DNA of 64,000 nt from an uncultured Eubacteriales bacterium (GCA_934444645.1 CAKSCV010000007.1:1447-65446); one strand, 5' to 3'. Shown: positions 18,474 to 25,555, numbered from the stretch's first letter. Program-made: numbers and translations. Notes: generated by a model from the sequence alone, not told the origin.

Positions 18474-18723
18474 GCAAACAGTAGGTTAAGGGTGGTGCGA
18501 ATGGGAGATGGAGGGTGGAAAAGAGTTGCTTTGGGTGGCAATTAAGGAAAGGTTTGTGCAAAAGAAAAGCTTTTGGTTTGTGAAAATGGGAATTTTTTGC
18601 AGACAGTAGGTTAAGGGTGGTTGGAATGGGCAGCGGAGGGTGGAAAAGGGGTGTTTTGGATGGTAATAAAGAAAAGTTTGTGCGAATAAACGGCTTTTTG
18701 TACGTGAAAAAGGCGGCTTTTGA
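18474..18723. repeat. Tandem duplication of about 125 bp inside the centre of copy A
   Basis: CAGTAGGTTAAGGGTGG...GGAGGGTGGAAAAG occurs at 18479 and again at 18604. Copy B has a single copy, at 24377. Confidence 0.7.
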
Positions 18724-19038
18724 GGACAGTAAAAAGTTGTTCGAATGAGCGGTGTTTTGGTTGCGAAAAAGAGCGGCTTTTGAGAGCAAAGCGTAAAGCT
18801 TTCTGTAAATGGAAACCTTTTGTTTTGCGGAAAAGGGCTGTTTTTTTCAGCTCATACAAAGCTACCCGATAAAGAAAAAACTCATTTTAGCACTGCAAAA
18901 TTCCAACTTCCCACCGCACCAAAGCTAACGAGCAGTCACAAATTTTATCCGCGACAGCCTACTATGAGCTTGCAGTACACCATCTCTTTTTCGAAAAATA
19001 ACGGTCTTGCGTTTGCACTACGGTAACCCTTTCGCACC

Positions 19039-19151
19039 GATTCAAATCATTGCCGGCGATACCCGGAAAACTTACGGTTTTCGCAAAACCGGTTACCTGA
19101 TGAATGCCGGTCACTTTAACTACAATCATGTATCGACCGGCGATTTGAATC
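19039..19151. repeat. Long hairpin module H (copy A, right arm, inverted)
   Basis: GATTCAAATCATTGCCGGCGATAC (19039-19062) pairs with GTATCGACCGGCGATTTGAATC (19130-19151). Reverse complement of the left-arm H. Confidence 0.75.
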
Positions 19152-19235
19152 GAGGTCGCAGGACGGAGTCCCGCGTGCTTTTTGGTTACTTTTTGCACGA
19201 TGCAAAAAGTGACAACTCGTATTTTCTCGCAGGAA

Positions 19236-19463
19236 GCTTCGAGGTTCTGCAAACCTCGATTCAGCTCACCGCAATGGCAGCTTCGCACCGCAACAATTAA
19301 AACCTTTTTAAGGGAGCTCCGAGGTTTTGTAAACCTCAAATCAGCCCACCGCAGTGATATCTTCGCACCACAACAATTAAAAACTTTGTAAGAGAGCTTC
19401 GAGGTTCTGCAAACCTCGAATCAGCACACCGCAGCCGCAGCTTCGTACAAACCAATTAAAACC
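19236..19463. repeat. Three tandem 80-bp hairpin units (copy A right arm)
   Basis: Units start at 19236, 19316 and 19396. Each begins GCTYCGAGGTTYTGYAAACCTCRA and ends CAACAATTAAAACC. Confidence 0.85.
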
Positions 19464-19510
19464 TCTCCGGAACTTTTCCATCCTTATTTGTAAGGCACAA
19501 AAAGCAGGAC

Positions 19511-19533
19511 AAAAAAGCCCTCCCTGCCGGGAG
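19511..19533 (-). terminator. Possible intrinsic terminator after the ParE-like gene
   Basis: On the minus strand: CTCCC-GGCA-GGGAG followed by GGCTTTTTT. The stem is short and is nested in a larger GCAGGAC/GTCCTGC pairing. Confidence 0.4.
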
Positions 19534-19556
19534 TTCGCCGTCCTGCGGCGGCATTT

Positions 19557-21692
19557 TCAGACATCGGCAAGATCAATATATTCCGCACCGTGCGCCGCAA
19601 TGTAAGCTTTTCGGGCAATAATGTCGTCGCCAAGCAGCGTGTTGAACATGATATACGTTGCCTTTTCGTCCTCCGGCCCGATGCGGATCAAACGGCGCGA
19701 AGCCGGATTCATGGTCGTTTGGTTCATCATGTCCGGTTCGTTTTCACCAAGACCCTTGGAACGCATGATCTTGTACGGCGCGTCGCCAAGCTTTTTTAAG
19801 ATGTCGAGTTTTTCTTTTTCGTTGTAGGCAAACTGCGTGCCGAGCTTTTTCGATTCGATTTCATATAACGGCGATTCCGCTATATACACGCGTCCCTCGC
19901 GGATAAGCGTCGGCAGCAGCCGGTAAAACATGGTCAAAATCAGCGTGCGGATCTGATAGCCGTCCTCGTCGGCATCGGTACAGATGATGATCTTGCTCCA
20001 TTTGAGCGAACCGATGTCAAACTGCGACAGATTCTTGTCCTTGCCTTTCGAGGTGCCAAGCTCCACGCCGCAGCCGATGACCTTCAGAAGATCCACAATG
20101 ATATCGCTCTTGAAAATTTTGTCATAGCTGCTCTTTAGGCAGTTGAGCGTCTTGCCGCGCACCGGCATGACCGCCTGATAATCCGGATTGCGCGCAAGCT
20201 TGACTGAACCGAGTGCGCTGTCGCCCTCCACAATGTACAATTCGCGTTTGGCGGCATCCTTTGAGCGGCAGTTCACGAATTTTTCCACACGGTTGGCAAT
20301 ATCAATGTTCTTTTCGAGCTTCTTTTTGATGTTGACACGGGCGCTTTCGGCGTTTTCGCGGCTTCGCTTGTTGATAAGCACCTGGGCGGCGGCTTTTTCG
20401 GCTTGCTTGGGATTTTCTGCGAAGAAAACCTCAAGCGAGTGTAAGAAAAAGTCGGTCATAGCCTCCGCGATAAACGTGTTGGTGATAGCTTTTTTGGTCT
20501 GATTTTCGTAGCTGGTGCGCGTGGAGTGGGAATTGACGATGAAAACAAGGCAGTCCTCGATATCGCCATAGGTGACCTTACTCTCGTTTTTGGCATATTT
20601 GTTGTTGTTTCGCAAATAGATATCAAACGCCTTGACAAAGGCCGAACGTGTCGCTTTATCCGGTGAGCCGCCATGCTCAAGAAAGCTGGAATTGTGGTAA
20701 TATTCCACACGGCTTAGTATGTTGGAAAAACAGAAAACCATTTCGATTTTCAACTTATATTCGTTCATGTCTCCGCGGTCTTTGCCGCGGCATTCGGTCT
20801 TGAAATAGGCCGGAACGGTGAGTGCATACGTGCGTGCGGCGTTTTCCTCGGCTTGGTCGTCGGTCGAAGCTTCGTCGGCTTCATCCGCTTCGTCGGCTTC
20901 GTCGTTTTCGTCGGTTTCTGCCGCTTGTTCCTCTGCTTCTTCGGCTTCTTCGGACGGATTATAGCCGCCGTCGGCACTGATGATCTCATTCATGTAATCG
21001 ACGATGCCGCGTTTGTATAAATATTCGCGCTTTTCGTGTGTGCCGTCCTCGTTTTCGAAATCCAGCGTGATGGTCACGCCTTCATTGACCACCGCCTGCT
21101 TTTTGACGGTTTCATCAAAAAAGACAAACGGGACGTTGATATCGGTAAAGACCGCAAGATCCGGCTTCCATTCGACCACTGTGCCCGTGCGGCGGCGTAC
21201 CGGCTCTTCGACAATGAGGTCGGTGGCCGGATAACCCTTTTCAAAACGGATGGAGGACTTGTTTTCCTTTGTATAGCTGGTGACCGTCATGTATTCCGAA
21301 GCAAACTGTGTGGCGCACGCACCAAGCCCGTTCGTGCCGAGGGAATATTCGTAGGCTTCGCCGTCGTCGTTGTCGTATTTGCCGCCGGCATATAATTCAC
21401 AGTATACCAAATCCCAGTTGTATCGTCCCTCGCGCTCATTCCAGCCGAGCGGAACGCCGCGTCCGAAGTCCTCGACCTTGATCGAATGATCCTTGCGGAC
21501 CTCGACATTGATGCGGCTGCCGTAGCCTTCGCGCGCTTCGTCGAGGGCGTTGGCGAGAATTTCGAGAAACGTGTGGCCGCAGCCGTCAAGACCGTCCGAA
21601 CCGAAAATAACGGCCGGACGCAGACGAACCCTGTCTGGGCCTTTTAGGGAGGTAATGCTGTCATTTCCGTAATTTTTTTGTTCTTTTGCCAT
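19557..21692 (-). CDS. Type IIA DNA topoisomerase subunit B (ParE/GyrB-like) with an acidic low-complexity insert
   Basis: GHKL ATPase N-terminus (FLEILANALDEAREGYG, EDFGRGVP, GTNGLGA). Toprim ELYIVEGDSALGS and TDADEDGYQIRTL. Acidic stretch EEAEEAEEQAAETDENDEADEADEADEASTDDQAEE at about aa 247-285. Confidence 0.8.
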   Translation of the reverse strand: MAKEQKNYGNDSITSLKGPDRVRLRPAVIFGSDGLDGCGHTFLEILANALDEAREGYGSRINVEVRKDHSIKVEDFGRGVPLGWNEREGRYNWDLVYCELYAGGKYDNDDGEAYEYSLGTNGLGACATQFASEYMTVTSYTKENKSSIRFEKGYPATDLIVEEPVRRRTGTVVEWKPDLAVFTDINVPFVFFDETVKKQAVVNEGVTITLDFENEDGTHEKREYLYKRGIVDYMNEIISADGGYNPSEEAEEAEEQAAETDENDEADEADEADEASTDDQAEENAARTYALTVPAYFKTECRGKDRGDMNEYKLKIEMVFCFSNILSRVEYYHNSSFLEHGGSPDKATRSAFVKAFDIYLRNNNKYAKNESKVTYGDIEDCLVFIVNSHSTRTSYENQTKKAITNTFIAEAMTDFFLHSLEVFFAENPKQAEKAAAQVLINKRSRENAESARVNIKKKLEKNIDIANRVEKFVNCRSKDAAKRELYIVEGDSALGSVKLARNPDYQAVMPVRGKTLNCLKSSYDKIFKSDIIVDLLKVIGCGVELGTSKGKDKNLSQFDIGSLKWSKIIICTDADEDGYQIRTLILTMFYRLLPTLIREGRVYIAESPLYEIESKKLGTQFAYNEKEKLDILKKLGDAPYKIMRSKGLGENEPDMMNQTTMNPASRRLIRIGPEDEKATYIMFNTLLGDDIIARKAYIAAHGAEYIDLADV

Positions 21693-21715
21693 GTATCTTA
21701 CTCCTTAGCGGACTG

Positions 21716-22183
21716 TTATGCGTTATGCGTTGAAAACGAAGCCTTCGGTGCGTTCGTCAGCTTTTTGACCGTTTCGGAAAGAACCGTGAAAGCCTCTTTC
21801 GGGTCATCGATGGCAAGCACGGCGTTTTCCATCGGACAGATTCCGTCGCCCGAACGGTTGATAATGATCGGAACCGCCTTTCGGAACAAAACGTTTACGC
21901 CGTGTGTGCGGAAAACGGCAAGAGCCGGTTTGTCGATGGTTTCCGCATAAACGTTTTTGGCGCCCTGCAAAACCATGAGAAGAGCCGCCGCTTTGCCGAC
22001 GATCCGGTCGGCGACAAAGCCCTCGGCCAACACCGTTTGCTCGTTTACAAGCGTAAGCAGCCGGCGGATGCCTCTGAATTCGGAGGTCAGAACGGTGTTT
22101 TCGGTTACATATACAAAGCTTGCGTCGGTATTTTTCAAAATCGATAAAGCTTTATCACGGCAACTATTGTTCATTGTATCCAA
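21716..22183 (-). CDS. DUF1893 domain-containing protein
   Basis: 155 aa with motifs ADRIVGKAAALL and GDGICPME, typical of the TM1506-like family. Confidence 0.6.
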   Translation of the reverse strand: MDTMNNSCRDKALSILKNTDASFVYVTENTVLTSEFRGIRRLLTLVNEQTVLAEGFVADRIVGKAAALLMVLQGAKNVYAETIDKPALAVFRTHGVNVLFRKAVPIIINRSGDGICPMENAVLAIDDPKEAFTVLSETVKKLTNAPKASFSTHNA

Positions 22184-22251
22184 CCTTATCTATGAAATAC
22201 AGTATATTTTACCATAGAACCGAGATTTTGTCAAATCTTTCTTTATGAGTA

Positions 22252-22280
22252 TTGCAATATGAAGATAAATCCGTTATAAT
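22252..22280 (+). promoter_or_regulatory. Sigma-70-type promoter for the MATE gene
   Basis: TTGCAA, 17 nt spacer, TATAAT. Confidence 0.55.
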
Positions 22281-22342
22281 ATAATGGTTGCAGAAGATGA
22301 AGAAATGAAAAAGAACGTCAGAAAAGAAAGGAATGGATCTGT

Positions 22343-23722
22343 TTGACACAACCGAGAACCGAAAACAAAATGGGCGTTATGCCCGTTAACCGCCTGCTTG
22401 TTTCCATGGCAGCACCGATGATGATTTCCATGCTTGTACAGGCTTTATACAACGTAGTGGACACCATGTTCGTGTCCCGGCTCGGCAAAGATGCGCTCAC
22501 CGCTTTGTCGCTTGCTTTTTCGGTACAGAACCTCATGATTGCCGTCGCCGTCGGTACGGGCGTCGGTATTAACGCACTGCTTTCGCGCAGCCTTGGCGAA
22601 AAAGAATTTGAAAGAGCCGGAAAAACGGCTGAAAACGGCCTGTTTTTGGCAGGTATCAACTATATACTGTTTCTCATAGTCGGCATTTTCTTCTCCCGCT
22701 CGTATTTTTCGTTGTTCGGCGCGTCGGAGACGGTGACGGAATATGGCGCACAGTATCTTTCGATTTGCTGCATTTTGTCGTTCGGCGTGTTCGGTCAGAT
22801 TACATTTGAACGGATTTTGCAGTCGGTCGGCAAGACCATGTTAACCATGGTCACGCAGCTAATCGGTGCGGTCCTCAATATCATTCTCGACCCGATCATG
22901 ATTTACGGCTTACTTGGTTTTCCGAAAATGGGCGTTGCCGGTGCGGCACTTGCAACGGTCATCGGTCAGATCATCGCGTTTATCGCCGGAATTATCCTCA
23001 ATCACAAGTTCAACCACGAGGTGCGCTTAAATATGCGTTCGTTCCGCCCGGATGGCGCGATCATCAAAAACATTTATGCAGTCGGCATTCCGTCGATCAT
23101 CATGGGCTCGATCGGTTCGGTCATGACGGTGGGCATCAATCAGATCGTGCGTCTTTGCGGCGCGGTGGCAGATACGGCACAGGCAGTGTTCGGCGTGTAT
23201 TTCAAGCTGCAGAGCTTTGTGTTCATGCCGGTATTTGGACTAAATAACGGCATGGTACCGATTATTGCCTATAATTTCGGCGCAAAAAAGCGTGACCGGC
23301 TGACCAAAACCATCCAGCTCAGCGTTGTGTATGCCTGTATTTTGATGTTTATCGGCTTTTTGCTGTTCCAATTTATGCCGGAAACGCTGTTACGTATTTT
23401 CGATACCGGAAACGATGATATGGTCGGCATTATCGAGGTCGGTGTGCCGGCGCTGCGCCGCATCAGCTACAGCTTTGTGCTTGCCGGGTTCTGTATTGTG
23501 ATTTTATCGGTCTTCCAGGCACTCGGACACGGGTTTCTCAGTCTTGGCGTTTCGGCCATGCGTCAGCTTGGCGTTCTGCTGCCGGTCGCATTTATTCTTG
23601 CGGCTACGACGCATTCGGTGGAAACGGTGTGGCTTGCGTTCCCGATTGCGGAAATTGCGTCGGTGACGCTGTCGGCGTTATGTCTTGTGCATGTATACAA
23701 AAAAGATATCAGGAATTTGTGA
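22343..23722 (+). CDS. MATE family efflux transporter
   Basis: 12-TM protein with N-terminal PVNRLLVSMAAPMMISMLVQALYNVVDTMFV. The ORF-track start is TTG; an alternative ATG lies at 22370. Confidence 0.85.
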   Translation: MTQPRTENKMGVMPVNRLLVSMAAPMMISMLVQALYNVVDTMFVSRLGKDALTALSLAFSVQNLMIAVAVGTGVGINALLSRSLGEKEFERAGKTAENGLFLAGINYILFLIVGIFFSRSYFSLFGASETVTEYGAQYLSICCILSFGVFGQITFERILQSVGKTMLTMVTQLIGAVLNIILDPIMIYGLLGFPKMGVAGAALATVIGQIIAFIAGIILNHKFNHEVRLNMRSFRPDGAIIKNIYAVGIPSIIMGSIGSVMTVGINQIVRLCGAVADTAQAVFGVYFKLQSFVFMPVFGLNNGMVPIIAYNFGAKKRDRLTKTIQLSVVYACILMFIGFLLFQFMPETLLRIFDTGNDDMVGIIEVGVPALRRISYSFVLAGFCIVILSVFQALGHGFLSLGVSAMRQLGVLLPVAFILAATTHSVETVWLAFPIAEIASVTLSALCLVHVYKKDIRNL

Positions 23723-24192
23723 GAAATGCCGGCAAAAGCTTTGCTTTTGCCGGCATTTCTGCTTGCGGAGCAAGCATATTCACGCGAAGCGTGTTATATG
23801 CCCCGGCAGGGGCAAGACTTCCCGTGCAAACGGGAAGTTCCGGAGGCGGCTTTGCCGCCGGAAGAAGCCGCGAAGCGGCAACAGAAAAATGCCGCCGAAA
23901 GGCGGCGAAGAAGCACACGGAGTGTGCCGCCCCGGCAGGGACTCTGCCGTAAGGGGGCAAAAGGATTTAATTGGGTTAGTGCGAATTTGTTGTCTGTGTG
24001 CGCTGATTCAAGGTTTGCGTAACCTCGAGGCTTTCGAAAGGTTTTAATTGTTGCGGTGCAAAGCTGCGGCTGCGGCGCGCTGATTCGAGGTTTGCAGAAC
24101 CTCGGAGCTCCTTGCAAAGGGATACGGGTTGTTACTTTTTGCATCGTGCAAAAAGTAACCAAAAAGCACGCGGGACTCCGTCCTGCGACCTC

Positions 24193-24306
24193 GATTCAAA
24201 TCGCCGGTCGATACGTGATTGCTGCGAAAATGATCGGCGTTCATCAGGTAACCGGTTTTGCGAAAAGCTGCAACTTTGCCGGGTATCGCCGGCAATGATT
24301 TGAATC
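24193..24306. repeat. Long hairpin module H (copy B, left arm)
   Basis: GATTCAAATCGCCGGTCGATAC (24193-24214) pairs with GTATCGCCGGCAATGATTTGAATC (24283-24306). Confidence 0.75.
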
Positions 24307-25000
24307 GGTGCGACGCTCCGGCTTTACAGCACAAAATTAGAGCGGAGATCAAAAGAATAGCTGTATTCTTTGCAGACAGTAGGTTAAGGGTGGTTGGAAT
24401 GGGAAGCGGAGGGTGGAAAAGGGGTGTTTTGGATAGAAACATGGAAAGGTTTGTGCGAATAAAAGGCTTTTTGCACGTAAAAAGGCGGCTTTTGAGAACA
24501 GTAAAAAGTCGTTCGAACGAGCGGTGTTTTGGTTGCGAAAACGAGAGGTTTTTGAGGGCGGTTTGTAAGCTTTCTGTAAATGGAAAGATTTTGGTATGCG
24601 AAAAAGGCAGATTTTCAGCTCATGCAAAGCAACCCGATAAAGAAAAAACTTTTTTTCAGCGCACAACGACACCAATTTCCCACTGCAACAAAACTAACGT
24701 GCAACTGCAAATTTCATCCGCGACAACCTACTGTGAGCTTGCAGTACACCTTTTCTTTTTCGGAAAACAACGGTCTTGCGTCTGCACTACGGTAACCCTT
24801 TCGCACCGATTCAAAGCCTTTTCGCTGCCGTTTTGCAGACAAAACCGGTTTCGGCACGAGCCGTCGGGAATTTTTGCAAAATCACTTCCGGCAGAGCTTT
24901 GAATCGTCCCCGGAGTCCAGAGGTTCGCAAACCTCTGGCGTGCTTTTTGATTCTTTTTGCACGACGCAAAAAGAATGTAAAAACGTCCCCTTTGCAGGGA

Positions 25001-25226
25001 GCATCGAGGTTTTCCAAACCTCGAATCAGCACACCGCAGTGACATCTTCGCACCGCAACAATTAAAACCTTTCAAGGAAGCTCCGAGGTTCGCAAACCTC
25101 GAATCAGCACACCGTAGCCGCAGCTTCGCACCGCAACAATTAAAACCTTTTTAAGGAAGCTTCGAGGTTCTGCAAACCTCGAATCAGCGCACAAAGATAA
25201 CAACCTCGCGCAATCCAATTAAATCC
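25001..25226. repeat. Three tandem 79-bp hairpin units (copy B right arm); the last is the terminal variant
   Basis: Units start at 25001, 25080 and 25159. The terminal unit ends GCGCAATCCAATTAAATCC. Confidence 0.85.
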
Positions 25227-25442
25227 TTTCGCCGCCCTTGGCGGCTTTTCTTTCCGACTTGCGGCGGTGTCCCTGCAGGGACGGCACACCCCGTGTGCAT
25301 TTCGCCGCTCCCAGCGGCAGTTTCCGGCATTTCCGGCCGGAAACTTTTTTCTGCTTTTTGATGACCCAAAAAGCAGCTTGCGCCGACAAAAAAGAAACGG
25401 CTTTTTTGTCGGCTTATTTTTGTGCAATTTACAAATAAACTC

Positions 25443-25471
25443 TTGCAATTTGTTATGAGTTTTGCTATAAT
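25443..25471 (+). promoter_or_regulatory. Sigma-70-type promoter for pyrH-frr-uppS-cdsA
   Basis: TTGCAA, 17 nt spacer, TATAAT, about 20 bp outside the repeat element. Confidence 0.55.
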
Positions 25472-25555
25472 AGCTTAAACTATGGATATGAATGCCTTTT
25501 CTTGCTGCAAAACCGTAATCTTTTGCTATCATATCCCGAAAGGACTGGAACTCCA

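Larger units (their letters stand above)
17873..19463. repeat. Copy A of the non-coding foldback mosaic repeat element (about 1.6 kb)
   Basis: Left arm 18056-18470 and right arm 19000-19463 are reverse complements built from the same modules. The centre at 18470-19000 is asymmetric. Homologous along its length to 23728-25421. No frame-conserved ORF. Confidence 0.85.
23728..25421. repeat. Copy B of the non-coding foldback mosaic repeat element (about 1.7 kb, nearly two-fold symmetric)
   Basis: Stem-loop strings at 23728-23952 and 25227-25421. Terminal inverted modules start at 23953 and end at 25226. Hairpin units at 24007-24104 and 25001-25226, H module at 24193-24306, centre at 24307-24800. 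Homologous to copy A. Confidence 0.85.

Noticed and set aside
19236-19463. The 79-80 bp periodic hairpin units (also at 25001-25226 and 18099-18200) could be a CRISPR array.
   Set aside because: The inter-hairpin segments are homologous to each other rather than unique spacers. The period is longer than typical repeat plus spacer. The arrays occur as inverted pairs inside a larger palindrome, and no cas genes or leader are present.
17843-19556. The region could be a replication origin (oriC), because mnmE and a GyrB-like gene flank a long non-coding, repeat-rich stretch.
   Set aside because: I found no cluster of DnaA boxes (TTATCCACA); only a single 7/9 match, TTATCCGCG. There is no dnaA or dnaN nearby. 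The same element occurs at least twice more in the window, which is incompatible with a unique origin.
24258-24902. The 214-aa ORF inside copy B, and similar 80-130 aa ORFs at 18439-18789, 18962-19339, 24044-24442 and 25140-25556, could be real genes of the element.
   Set aside because: The frames are not conserved between copies A and B; the equivalent of the 214-aa frame is broken to 61 aa in copy A. There is no RBS. The composition is Arg/Lys/Cys/Phe-rich and nonsense-like, and the ORFs overlap on both strands, as expected from palindromic GC-rich DNA.
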